Assembly (NCBI GenBank): GCA_964016885.1
Contig: OZ024745.1
Span: 55,862,001 to 55,926,000 of the forward strand
Direction: 5' to 3'
DNA length: 64,000 nt
Origin: Eledone cirrhosa
Taxonomy: Eukaryota
Of this stretch, positions 12,234 through 24,536 are shown piece after piece. The notes under the pieces were generated by a model. It ran no database searches and had not been told where the DNA came from. It worked only from the letters and a program-made list of their open reading frames with translations. Both the position numbers and the translations under genes were made by a program. Position 1 is the first letter of the stretch. Each line of letters begins with the position of its first letter.

Positions 12234-13280
12234 ATGCCACGAATATATTTGCTGAAGTGTAATTTTCAAAATAACAAAAACAGCTAATTGGAGCTAATTA
12301 ACTTAAATTAAGTGAAGAATATCGATTGAAATGACCTACGTGTGTATATATGTGTAGAAATTCAATTAAACATATCAAAAATCAATTAATATTTTACTAT
12401 AGTTTCAGAGGCAAAACAATATCTTAGCTGATTCCTTTAAATAGATGGAGATAATTTCAAAGAATTAAGCATTAAAACAAATTTTAGTCTCACAGATAAG
12501 GGTGACATGAAATTACCGATTGTTTGCAACGGACTAGTGTAGGTCTTATCAATGGTCGATAAAAATACATCGATAACTTGATAAATAAATAGATAATTTT
12601 ACACAAACAATTAAAGCTACGAATAAATCTTAATGAGCACTAATTTGCATAAGAAAATCGAACTACATCAACTGACACGAATTACGCTATCTGAAAAAAG
12701 ATCAAGTATGTATAGATACATACGCATCACATTCTTACGGTATTGACATTTGCGTATCGTTGGGTAAATAATCAAAATCTAGACGCAATTTTTACGAGCT
12801 CTTAAATAGATGGGAACATGATTTCAATATGTTCACAATTACTTTTAAAAGATTGAGAATAAATTAACACATATTTCACGGAAATATTTAAGGGAAACTC
12901 TGTTTGAGGGGACGTGACTGCGATGAATATATTACAGATTTACTGGAATTCGTCCATGAAATATAGATAAAACAAACGTGATTCATCAATGAATGCAGGT
13001 TCTTACATAGTAAACCTACCACAAATATTTGGAGAGTAGAGAGTCACGTATTATCTTCCTCAATGTACGTATAAATCACAACATTGTGCACTACAAAATA
13101 TCTGGAATAACAAAAGATAGGGAGTTTAATGTGTCATGTATGTAAGTTCCGAATCGATATACGCAAAATTTCTGCAAGAGTTGTTGCAAAAAACCCCCCA
13201 AAAATACATGTAGAGGCATACGTTGGTGACTCAAGAATAAAAGCAAAGATATTTCGAATCAATTATGTATTAATTTCCAT
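12234..13280 (+). pseudogene. Relic intronless ORF (~340 codons), candidate endogenous viral gene
   Basis: MPRIYLLKC...DGDNFKELSIKTNFSLTDKGDMKLPIVCNGLV*, then HELRYLKKDQVCIDTYASHSYGIDICVSLGK*SKSRRNFYELLNRWEHDFNMF...RDCDEYITDLLEFVHEI. Confidence 0.45.
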
Positions 13281-13319
13281 AAATTGAGAATTAATTTCCA
13301 TAACTTATTAAATTTTAAA

Positions 13320-14670
13320 AAATGATATTCACATGCTTATGGGAATATATAATTTATGTTATACAGACGGTTACAACAAATATGATATCTCGGTTTTACT
13401 GCTTCTCGTACTTGAGCATTAACATTGAGTTGCTTGATCAATAAACATTAAATTTTGCATCCGGGAAATCGTTACGAATGTACGTGCGTAATCAATACGA
13501 AATATAACAATGTGAAATTGCTCAAAGTTGCTATTATCATAAATTGAGATAAACAACTGAATACTGAATACTATTTAACAGTAATGCTCATGTTACTTTT
13601 AGAATCCAGTAAAGTATTAATTAAAACAAATTATACTTTTCGTTATTTACCGACCTATGTTAATTGATGAAACATTATCGTGTCATCTATTCCTCCGAAC
13701 CTAGAACCAATACGACTGTAATATATTCATTATTTCACACTCTTCTCAGACATAGAACTGATTTCCCTTGCATATTTGAATATATCATTTCTCAAAAGTT
13801 ATTCCGCTTAATTGCTAAATCGATAACGAAATGATTCAATGTCATGTTTTGTGTCTACAACAAAACCGCTCTTAAAATGCATTAGGAAATGGTCTTGCAT
13901 GTGATTCAATTTTCTCTCTGTATGAAATCATCGTATGCATTTTGTTGCTAAGTCTAAATTTTTATATTTTATTAATAATGGTCTCCTTATTCTATCCATA
14001 TCATCTGATAAATATTTCATCACTGCATGTTGTTCTGAGCATTAAATCCCTAATGTATAATTTGACATCATGTCTAGGAATTTCGCTGATTCCTGCAGCT
14101 AATCATTAAAGGCAGCCTTTTCACCGCATTTTCACCTCCATTTCATGAGTAAAATTGGAAGATTTGTATTTTAACATGCCTCGTCAGAAAACGCACTGTG
14201 ATAATGCGATATTTACCTGGCTTCCAACCAATCACTTCCCGGGAATCCACTGCAACTAAGGCAATGTTATCAGTCCAGAACAATTGATCTTCATGACTAG
14301 CGTAAATGACAATTCTGCCTTCCCTGTACATTTTCTAATAGTTGAACATTTTATTTCGCTGAGGCTAAGGATATCCAGCTTGGAGCTTACGACAGCAACG
14401 CTACCTTCCTGCTTTCCTGTTCTGGTTTAATGTCCTTACATTTTCAGTTCTAATTCCCGTTTTGGCTTCAGCATTAAGACTCTGGCACAATAATACTCTA
14501 AATACATCGCTGTTTACATGGAAATGATTCATATATGGAATATTACTACTGCCTTTCTCTTGCACTGGGCTTGTTGTCTCATTGGAGGTACATAGAGTTA
14601 GGTTACCACCCGAATACCTAAATCCCTCCTTTTTCAAACTAGCTGCACCCAAACCACACACTTGCAACAT
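13320..14670 (-). pseudogene. Relic intronless ORF, candidate endogenous viral gene
   Basis: One frame is held for about 200 codons with scattered stops: SGFPGSDWLEAR*ISHYHSAFSDEAC...LQESAKFLDMMSNYTLGI*CSEQHAVMKYLSDDMDRIRRPLLIKYKNLDL. Convergent with the 12234 ORF. Confidence 0.45.
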
Positions 14671-14722
14671 TCATACATTTATGTATGCACACACACATAT
14701 GTATATAAATTGTATATATAAT

Positions 14723-14763
<41 letters not shown>

Positions 14764-15159
14764 TTCTGTGTATGTATATGTGTGTGCTTGTAAATGTGTG
14801 TGTATATATACGTATCCCAGACGTTTTGAGACATTTTCGTAGGGAAGGTAGTTGTAACAGTTCTAAAATATAATTTTAATATATCATTTCTATGCATCTC
14901 CCCAACTGACTTGTTAACTTTTGTCATTTCAGAAAAAAAAGGATAGCTGTAATGGCAATTTGAACACACCATGCTAAACACAACTAGTAACAGCTGACTA
15001 GTTTAGAGAACGCAGTCAGATATGAAGGCAATTTCGAAGTTCACAATTGATATAATATTGTGTTAAACTGGGTAAAAATGCTAATAGAATAATCGTAACC
15101 AATACTGATTTGGGTCTGTACCTCTATTTTTTATAACCTTCTAAATGTATATATATATA

Positions 15160-15298
15160 GTAATAATTGTTTCTACATTTGGCACAAAGCCAGCAATTGA
15201 CCAGTACATTACTGGTATTTTATTTTATCGACCCCGTAAGGGTGAAATGGATAGTTGACCTTGGCGGGATTTGAACTCAGAATGGAAAGGGGCATTAC
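15160..15298 (-). mobile_element. tRNA-derived SINE, 5'-truncated
   Basis: Matches the 58930-59119 family. Confidence 0.85.
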
Positions 15299-15530
15299 TA
15301 TATATATAGTACTGATAATAATAAATTTGAAGACTAAAATCCAAAGAGGGCTCGATAAGGATAAATATATATCAAATATATAACCCTAGAGCAAATATTT
15401 ATTAAAATAACAGATTAAAGTTTAAGCAAAGAATCGCTGCTTTCACCCTTTATATATACATATATATATGAAGTATTTCCGTAGAAAGGGTAAAGGAAAT
15501 GAGAGTGCTCTGTGTATACTACAGAGCTAT

Positions 15531-16232
15531 TTGGTTGTCCATCGTAAACGATGATGACATCTTCTTTATTCTTGTTCCCGTCTGCCGTCGGCAGGACGTG
15601 GCTGTGGAGGCCGATCCTTGACTTGCAGGTCCGGGGACAGTGGGGGCAGGGGAAGAGACCGGAGTCAGACTGGCAACTCCTAGGGGTTACCTCCATCTGT
15701 TACCTTCGACTTTTGCCTATCGCCGCCAGACTTTGGGAGTGCACGCTAAAGAAGAAACCTGTGCGGGAAAGGTTTATAGTGAAAGGGCCAGTGCACAGTG
15801 ACGGTCCCACTCACTCGGCCGCAGAAGCCAGAATCCAGTGATACGGAGGACTGTCACGACCAGGGACTTCCTTGGCTGCAGTGGATGGCCACAACGTCTG
15901 TAGAGCCCTGCCGTGCCCTAGCGGTCCACACTTCTTGCTGTCGCCGCCTTCGTGACCGTTGGGACGATTATGTCCTCCTCCACTCACTCTGTCGGGTCCA
16001 GTCTTCGTATGCAGGGGCGGGCATCCCCTATCTAACTCACGGGGAGGGGGGGGGGGGGCAGACCCGTTCGGCTACCCTGAACCTGGTTCGGCTCGCCAGC
16101 CAAGGCGATTTACTGGGGTGTGGCTTCTGTCGCATGCTACACCTTCTTGGGGCCACAGGGGAGAGCTGAGTCAGGTGGTATCCAAGGCAGGACGAGCTGT
16201 CCTGAAAAGGACATAGCTAGCCCCCTCCTTCA
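15531..16232 (-). mobile_element. Bipartite non-autonomous RTE element (5'UTR fused to 3' end)
   Basis: GC-rich 5'UTR-like segment joined directly to a C2H2 tail FPCPHCPRTCKSRIGLHSHV and 3' end catcatcgtttacgatggacaacca. 11-bp TSD tacagag(c/t)tat at 15520-15530 and 16233-16243. Confidence 0.7.
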
Positions 16233-16324
16233 TACAGAGTTATATTCCCCTCCATGATACCCCAGGCATATACACACGCATACACATATATACGTACATG
16301 TGTATATACATATTTACACATTTT

Positions 16325-16512
16325 TGGATAGCCGTTGAGTTCTTCCGCCCTTGTCAGGTTTTGGTATTTGTCCTGCAGGGTGTCCAAAATCACCCTCCTC
16401 ACCAAGTAAACTGTGTAGGGTTGCCAGTTTAGTCACCGACGACCCGACAATGCGACAGGTTGTACTGGTTTACATGTTGCCAGTTGCACTCAAGAGTGAC
16501 CTGACAGAGCTA
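16325..16512 (-). mobile_element. RTE-type 5'UTR fragment
   Basis: Homologous to 19160-19285 (caccctcctcaccaag...acaggttgtactgg...gtgacctgaca). Confidence 0.6.
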
Positions 16513-16525
16513 TTTAATTATGTAA

Positions 16526-16780
16526 TTAACAACACAATACAATTATTCCATTTACCAAAGGTTTCACGAAGACAGACGAGCTCTATAGACACGTCTAAAA
16601 TCATTCATCAAAAAGGAAAATTTAATATGGATATGTTTATATTAATATGGACATATCCATATCGATATTTAATATATTTAATAAATTTTCCTTTTTGATT
16701 AATGATTTTAGACGTCTCTATAGAGCTCGTCTGTCTTCGTGAAATCTTTGGTAAATGGAATAATTGTATTGCGTTGTTTT
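16526..16780. mobile_element. Fold-back PLE pLTR with two degenerate hammerheads
   Basis: About 95-bp arms. The minus arm reads ttccttt-TTGATGA-atga...tcgt-GAAA-cctttgg-TA-aatggaa (C3 to U). Its tail ggtaaatggaataattg is shared with the 25.5 and 27.0 kb motifs. Confidence 0.7.
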
Positions 16781-16807
16781 TTTACATAATTATATATATA
16801 TATATAT

Positions 16808-18668
16808 ATGGCATATCGTTTCTCGGTGCACCTCCGAGATATTCGTCTCGGCGGGAGTTCCCCCATCGCTCGCCACTTCGGTTCCCCTGGACACTCCTCC
16901 CACTACCTCACCCTCTGTGGTCTCATCGAATGCCATGGGACCCCCGCAACCCGCCTTCGGGTCGAGCAACACACACAATCTTCACCCTACAGAACCACAC
17001 AAACCCGGCCTGAACTCCCCACCCCTCTTCATTTAGCCTTCGACCGTTCCCCTCCCCTACACACACACCCTAATAACACCACTAAACACTCCCAAGAGTC
17101 ACCGCACCCTCCACTCCCAGCCACCCCGGCCCCCTTGGCCCACCCCACAAGTAATAATACTAACACACTCCCCCCTCCCCTATCGCACGCGCACCCACAC
17201 TCTCAACACACACACACTCCCACCAGTCCATATATACACTCACTCATACTATTCACACACCCTACTATCACCACTAACCCCCAGCCACCCATCCTACTAT
17301 CACCACTAATAACACTAAGCGTCCCCCAACCCACCTTCTCCCTCACCACACACAAACGAATACACACCAGCATACATACACTCACGCACACCACGTACAC
17401 ACCAATACACCACCCACTCCATTTCCACACTACCACCACTAACCCCCACTCACACAACCGTATTCAACCCCCCCACCCCACCCCCCCACCATTAATATTA
17501 CTAACACCCACCCTACCACACACACACACTCATACCCAAACATGCACACACACACCAGCACATTACACTTAGTCAAACTGCCCCCCCCCCCCCCTCCGCA
17601 CTACCCCCCCCCCACACACACACATACATTACACTAACACCTCCACTAATATATACAGAAACCCCACACACACCGCTCCCTCTCCCTCAACATTTCAAAC
17701 ATACCCATCACCTCCCCTGTCCACCGCACCTCCGCACACATCACACACACATTGCACACACACATACAGATCATCCCTAACACGCGTCCGCCTGCCATCC
17801 TCCTTAATGCCTTCATCCTCACCACTACCTGTATGTTACCCTCCTACGGATATCTCCTCTCTCCCGCATCCTACACCTAGCATTGACACTCTTGACCACT
17901 TCCTGTTGCGCGGGCACCCTGCAACTCTCTACTTCCTCCGCACCATTCCACGGATTCTACGCCACTGGTCATACCGCTCTAGACACCCACCCTGTTATAC
18001 TCGGATGTTTCACCATCTCTGCCAACACTCCACGCGAAAACATTCAGGAACACACACACACACAAACACTTACTCTATTTTCACACACACGCAACTATAC
18101 ATCCATACCACACAGAAACACACACACGTGCGTATCCTCACATACACATAATCGGCCTCCGGACCCCGCACGTCACCTCTCCCCCACTCCTTCTGGACCC
18201 CCTCCATCTACACGGGAACACACAGTGATTTACAACCCATCCCATGTACACACTGGTTTTCCTATTACCCGAACATGGAACATCGTTCTTCCCGAAACTC
18301 TCACACTCACATCCACACATACACACACACATACACACACACCACCTTCTGCACTCCCCGCTCGGATCCTCTGCCCCCCCCCCCCCACACACACAGACAT
18401 TCATCCACCCTACCCTACACGCCTCACACCCTTTCACCACTTGTTTCATTTTAAATTTTTACCTCTTTTTAAATTTTTCCCCCTTAATCCCCCCCCTTTT
18501 AATCACTTTCCACCACTCCCCCTCACACCCTCGGAACTCTTTTCCTTCCCATTTTTTTTCTGATGAAGGGCTTATGCCGAAACGCCCCCCCCTCTCAAGC
18601 GTGAACCTATTATTTATACTTTGTACTGCACTCTTCGTTATTGTTTTTGTTTTGTTTACTGTTTTAAC
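16808..18668 (+). mobile_element. Neptune/Penelope-type PLE 3' end (GIY-YIG C-terminus, C-rich 3'UTR, hammerhead)
   Basis: RFSVHLRDIRLGGSSPIARHFGSPGHS...RLRVEQ.../IFTL/...PGLN. Flanked by (TA)n. Confidence 0.8.
18555..18590 (+). ncRNA. Minimal hammerhead ribozyme motif (degenerate)
   Basis: CTGATGA-agggcttatgcc-GAAACG at 18560-18584. Confidence 0.6.
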
Positions 18669-18939
18669 TTATATATATATATATACATACATTGGCCGAC
18701 TGGCCAGGTAGCCAGGCTACCCAATGACAAGTGGACCCCAGGGGGTCCACAGTCGCACTGCAAGGAGCCCCAGTAGCAAGTAAATATTTTTTAAAAATAA
18801 ATAGAACAGTTAGGCAAATCATTTTCAAACATTTCCCAGGGGAATTATTAGAAACCAAAATATAAGATAATGTAAATAGTTGGAATCAGTGGTTGTACAT
18901 TATACTAAATATAAAGCTTAGTGTATTCATCAGGCATGC

Positions 18940-19285
18940 AATTATGGTGGCTGCCAACTCGTTTTCGAGTACGGCCACTACTTTATATCCATGTAGGAGA
19001 ATATCTACCGATGCGCTGAACGAATGTGACTTTTTAGTCCAGCCAGCGACTTGAAAACTCTGGTACAAACACTACACTTGTGACAATTATTGACACATAG
19101 TGCTGGGCCCATGGTACCATGAGATGACAAGTGCAGAGATGTTTTTAGTCCTGCAGCATGTCCAAAGTCACCCTCCTCACCAAGAAACCTTGGTGGGGTT
19201 GCCAGTTTAGTCGCCAACGACCCGAACATGAGACAGGTTGTACTGGGATACATGTTACCAGTAGCACCAACTGGTGACCTGACAA
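18940..19285 (-). mobile_element. Bipartite RTE-derived element (structured 5' end plus C2H2 tail)
   Basis: 5' segment shared with 16325-16512, joined to CSVCTRVFKSLAGLKSHIRSAH and a 3' hairpin ctcgaaaacgag. Confidence 0.65.
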
Positions 19286-19360
19286 AATTATATGCAATTA
19301 TACATATATACATACACACACAAGCTTATATATATATATATATACATAGGTTACATATAC

Positions 19361-19422
<62 letters not shown>

Positions 19423-20674
19423 TTATCTTGGAAAACAGTTTCATAAACACCCGCGTACCGAAACACAGCTTTATCTAGATTCTGTAAATTGTGTATTGAA
19501 GAAATTTTTCATATAATTAACTGTAAAAACTCTATTAATCTCTGAACGAATTTATTTAATTCTTTTAGACATCGCCAGAATTCAACATTCAGAACTATAT
19601 ATAACTTATAATTATACTTATAATATTCCTATTAATCTCCATAACAATCTCATCTACTTTATTTTTAATATATTGATATCTCTAAATCATATCTCTAACA
19701 TTTGCTGTACTTCCACTTTTTTAAAATTTCATGATAATATATACGTATATAATTCTAATTTTTAAAATGTTTAATAATAATTTTTTTTCTATTTTAATTT
19801 TTAATTTAATATTTTTATTTTTTTATTAAAAAAAAAAATGTTTTTAATTTTCTCAAAATGCTTTAATTTTTTAATTTTTTATTTCTTTTATTTTCTTAAT
19901 TTCTTAATTCTTAAGTCTTTATTAAGTACAATGACACCCTCTAAAGCTATTATTTAAATGTAGATAATAACTAACTGATTCTGGCTAAATGTATCTTAAG
20001 TATCCATACTTATTTTGACTAAATAGTCTCAGACTAACGAATAAATAAAATCGGAGTTTATCTTTCCTTATCTTTCCTTTTCAATCATATAATATTATTA
20101 CTTAACTCCGTTAAATTAATTTTAAATCATTCTCAATTTTAAATACATATTTATTTACATAATATACCCATTCATTTATTTATTTATTTATGTATCTATT
20201 TAAAACAGAACAAAAACATCCCTCGTAACTCATATTATAAACAATTATAAACAATTAATAATTGTAAATTATCCTTTTAATAAAAATACACATACTATTA
20301 AAATATATACTTACATATATACATAGATAACTGTTCGAATAATATTTCTCTCAAATTAACGTTATATGAACTTTTCATTTATCTTTGCTTTTTTTACTTC
20401 TTCTCTCTCTCTTACTATTTTTTCCTTCTTCTCTCTCTCTTTCTTACTATTTTTTTCCTTCTCCTCTTCTCTCCCTCTTATTATTATATATTATATATCT
20501 AAACTCTCCATAGTCGTTTAAATTAACGGTTGTTTTTCACTTATTTACATATTCATTTGCATATTCACCCGTAAGTTTGAAAAATCCATTATACATTTCC
20601 ACTATCCAGGGAATATTCAACTGATAAGGTATGATTTTCCTGGTCATGTCTCTATTTATAAAACAAACTTTGTA

Positions 20675-20731
20675 TTTATCTGAAGAAAGCGTACCAAAGT
20701 GTTTTGGTGCCCTTGAAATATATATAATAAA
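20675..20731 (+). ncRNA. Type I hammerhead ribozyme
   Basis: tttat-CTGAAGA-aagcgtaccaaagtgttttggtgccctt-GAAA-tatata-TA-ataaa. Confidence 0.75.
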
Positions 20732-21195
20732 ATAAATATGGTTTTATAAATATAGTTTCCATTTATTTAATATCATTATATATATATAAATGATATATAT
20801 ATATTATTTGTTATATGAAATACTGATTGATCTTCCTTGTATCCCATGTCTGATTTAGCCTTAAAGAATAACTGTGTGTATGTGTGGGTGATCCATGCAT
20901 ATATTTATTTTGTTTTAATATCTGTGTGTGCATTGGTTATATATACATATGATTATTCTTTTAAATTTCCAATTGAGTTCTTATACGCATGGTTTATACC
21001 TAACAAGTTTAATTGACCAGCGTGTATATTGTTTTAGTTTATGATAACCTCCCTTTACCCTTTTGGGGATAGCGTGTAATTTTTATTTGGGAGAACTGGT
21101 GGGTTTTAATCTACCAGTCTCTTCTTAGCGCTGAGGGAGACCATCACCATTATATTGATGTCGATATAATTCTTTTATCGATATTAATTTGGGCA

Positions 21196-21319
21196 TCCAC
21201 TGATGAGTTTATAAGGGTCCGGTTGTGTATAAAACTACGGATTATATACAAGTTTCTACATAACCTGGAAATTAGTTATCCCAAGTTGTAGAAATCTTAT
21301 AACGGAACGGCCGTCTGGA
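21196..21319 (+). ncRNA. Hammerhead with branched, extended stem II (core GAAA reads GGAA)
   Basis: tcca-CTGATGA-gtttataag...cttataac-GGAA-cggccg-TC-tgga, with two internal hairpins. Confidence 0.65.
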
Positions 21320-21497
21320 AGGAAAGAGATATTTATTTAATCATGTCTCATATAAAATAATACAACCAATTTTCCACGAAATAATGATTAGTTAGCACCC
21401 CAAACACTAAATTGGGATAATATTTAAGTATATCCTAATGTTTGTTGAGTGAGATGGAATTGGTCGGAGTATCGCTTAAGGCTTTCTCTGTTTATGT

Positions 21498-21589
<92 letters not shown>

Positions 21590-21593
<4 letters not shown>

Positions 21594-22135
21594 CGTTTCT
21601 GAATTTGTTTCGCAAGATTCTTTATCCGAAAACGTGTGTTGAAACCGATGTGGTTATACTTTGGGAGAGTCATGTTGCCAATAAGAAACACACGCACCAG
21701 TTGCTTCACTTCAATTTATTATAATACATTTATAAATTTAGGAATTTATAAATTTCCCGTTGGTTGGTTGGTTCCACAACCAGATGATTGTTTATATATT
21801 GTCAAAGTTGTTTCGTCACACATTCTGTGACCTCTTGAGTGACTGGGGATTCTTTGCTTTGTTTTTGTGCCTCTCCTTTGTTCTGTCCTACGCCATCTTG
21901 TTTTTGTGTGTGTGTTGTGTGCTTAGTTTGCGCATGTGTTACATCCGGGTGTCTGTGTGTGTTTATATTCGTTTATTTATTTGGTTATTTACATGTTACT
22001 GGTTGGTTGTTTGTTCTATGTGTGTGTGTGTTTTCATTTTGTCCTTAATTGTAAGTTGTGATGTTGCTGTTCCATCCATGTATGATGCGTGTGTTTCTTA
22101 TTGGCAACATGACCCTCCCAAATATAACAATATAT
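21590..22135. mobile_element. Longer member of the 1406 palindromic family
   Basis: About 45-bp inverted arms (gttatactttgggagagtcatgttgccaataagaaacacacgca and its complement at 22086-22129), flanked by (TA)n. Confidence 0.7.
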
Positions 22136-22464
22136 ATATATATATATAAAATAGGATTTCGCTTCAAGCATAGTTTTATACAGATAAGTATAGACATTTC
22201 GTATTTCTAAAGAAACACGGTATGTTTACGGGAAACATTTAGGAAGCCGTACCTCTGCAGGCACCGGTGGCTAACGCCCTCTGGTGGTGTCCAACAGAAG
22301 CAAGGAGCACAACCATCTATGCATTTCATGTTTGACTGGCCTTCATCAGGACGGTGCCTCCCATTGCTTGCAACTGCTGGACTTGAAAACATTTGAGAAT
22401 ATATCTTCATATGCAAATGAGATTAATCACCTCATTTACACAGACGAGACGGGGGACATTGTTG

Positions 22465-22685
22465 AGGGCGGAGGATTAACAGTATCAGTAGAGGGTCGGA
22501 CGCATTGCTTTGCAGCATAGAGTCACGGCTCGTTATGATCTGAGTTCAAATGGCGCTGAGGTTAGCTGTGCCTTTCATCCTTACGGGGTCGATAAAATAA
22601 AGTTCCAGTCAGGCACTGGGGTCGGTTTAATCGATTCCCCTCCCCCCAAATTGCTGGTCTTGTGCCTATATAAGAAATCGTTACT
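22465..22685 (+). mobile_element. tRNA-derived SINE (diverged, longer form)
   Basis: ggcggagga...gagttcaaat...gcctttcatccttacggggtcgataaaataaag. Confidence 0.8.
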
Positions 22686-22849
22686 GAAGTCTCTGGATTT
22701 TGCAAATTATATGTTTTTTTTATTGGAGTAGGCAAGATATGTTTGTGCAAAAATTTGAAGGAACTTATGTATTTTTTGAATTGTAGGGCGACTTCATTCA
22801 TCCTGGCAACCTATATATATATATATATATATATATAATGCCAATCATT

Positions 22850-23471
22850 GTAAGTGGATTACAGGTTAATATATAGTCTATATTGAAGAGAAACAAAAAC
22901 GAGGATGTAGTTTATGGAACACCCAAATCGTTTAGACGTCGACAGTATGTAAGAGCAAGAACATGAAGAAAGGCATGAACTAAACCATATGATTTTATTT
23001 TGAAAGTAAGTTTATAATTATGAATTTTCAGTAGGTTATCGTAGATGTCTCAGTGGACTAGCCGTATCTGCTAGAGAATGTCAAGGTCCTGGCCTTGATT
23101 TCAATCTTGGCCAAGAGGTACAAGTAATCTTTTTCGTTTTTTATTGTACATCACATAGAAAAAAACTGAAAACGTTTACCGGGAACCCGACTCCCGACGT
23201 GGATTGAACTTCAGAAAAGGATTTTCACCATCATGACCCCTCCAACTAGGCCACCGAAACAGCAACGTAATTATAATGAAAATTAATAATTATAAACCTA
23301 CTTTCAAAATCAAAGTTAAAAAGCTGTGGTATGGTGTGGTTCATAGCTTTCCAAGAGCTATTAGTCATATTTAGGGTCAACTTGTCAAACTTCTGGGTCT
23401 TTGGTAACAACATTATTATTCCTATGTGTGTTTAACCTTTGAATTAATTTAGTTCGATTATTTTAACAAAC

Positions 23472-23476
<5 letters not shown>
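22850..23476. mobile_element. Dispersed repeat with convergent tRNA-like modules inside inverted repeats
   Basis: Homologous to 27365-27757 and 62935-63312. Minus strand has an A-box-like tggcctagttgg and a B-box-like gttcaatcc. Confidence 0.6.
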
Positions 23477-23560
<84 letters not shown>

Positions 23561-23587
23561 ATATAATAAACAACATAAGGCAATTAT

Positions 23588-23646
23588 TCCATTTACCAGT
23601 GGTTTCTTAAAAGCAAAAGGTTTTGCTTTCAATCCTCAGAACGAAA
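23588..23646 (-). ncRNA. Type I hammerhead ribozyme (intact core)
   Basis: ttcgtt-CTGAGGA-ttgaaagcaaaa-cc-ttttgcttttaa-GAAA-ccactgg-TA-aatgga. Confidence 0.8.
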
Positions 23647-23782
23647 AAATCCTGGTTTGTTTATTGAATTTGGATCTTAAAAACAAAAAAGGCAAGCTAT
23701 ATGAAAGTGAGGCTGGAGAAGGAAGGAGGAAAGGAAAAAATAAAAACAAAATAAGACTACCCATACAACCACACATACACGA

Positions 23783-23860
<78 letters not shown>

Positions 23861-24238
23861 TGTGTATGCGCGCACGCACGCGTATACAAATATAAATATA
23901 TTTCCCCCATACACATGTGTGTGCATGCATGCGCGCATACGCGCAGGGTATGTTCTGTTGAAAGTGTCTCGTGAATTTATGGCTACAGTTGTATAGATTA
24001 TACTTAGAAATTGTCCACAGAATTCCCTAAACCTTCGTCAATATACTAGAACCTTTAAGAATTTAGCTTTTAAGGAATCTCCCCTTCCTCCAAATCTATC
24101 TACCATGACTGACCCCATACTGATCTTACAGACACCTGTAAACTAAAGAGAAAGCCAATGATAAGGATTGGCTCCAATCTGAATACAGGAATCTGTCTGC
24201 CTTTGTTCCTCTAAGAACAAACATATACAAACATTCAT

Positions 24239-24295
<57 letters not shown>

Positions 24296-24318
24296 TATCT
24301 ACACACACACACGCATAC

Positions 24319-24371
<53 letters not shown>

Positions 24372-24536
24372 TACACACACACACATGCATATATACACAC
24401 ACATACACACACACAAAAGCACATATACATACGCACGAAGTAGTCAACGCATTCACACACTCTCACACATAAACAAATTTTTTCAAATACAAATACATAA
24501 CCGCATACATACGCATACATAACCGCATACATACGC

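Larger units (their letters stand above)
19419..21498 (+). mobile_element. Naiad-type PLE 3' end with long AT-rich pLTR and two hammerheads
   Basis: SLSWKTVS*TPAYRNTALSRFCKLCIEEIFHIINCKNSIN...FRHR is a GIY-YIG C-terminus. Flanked by (TA)n. Confidence 0.7.
18704..22812. mobile_element. Old non-autonomous TIR DNA transposon split by nested insertions
   Basis: Termini caggtagccagg and cctggcaaccta. Left part 18780-18930 matches 27890-28045, and right part 22685-22760 matches 31465-31520. Confidence 0.5.

Noticed and set aside
12905-12930. LEF-9 catalytic motif (RDCD)
   Set aside because: It reads RGRDCDEY, not N(R/T/A)D(C/F)DGD, which is insufficient.
15560-15700. C2H2 zinc finger as a host transcription-factor exon (also 19005-19090 and 57083)
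   Set aside because: Single fingers lacking TGEKP linkers, located at RTE 3' termini; the 15.5-kb copy lies inside a TSD-bounded element.
17040-18563. Pro/His/Thr-rich ORFs
   Set aside because: C/A-rich low-complexity 3'UTR of a PLE. Only the first ~60 codons from 16808 are GIY-YIG derived.
19165-19185. HDV-like ribozyme (ccctcctcac)
   Set aside because: It lies on the antisense strand and has no P3 or P1 partner strands.
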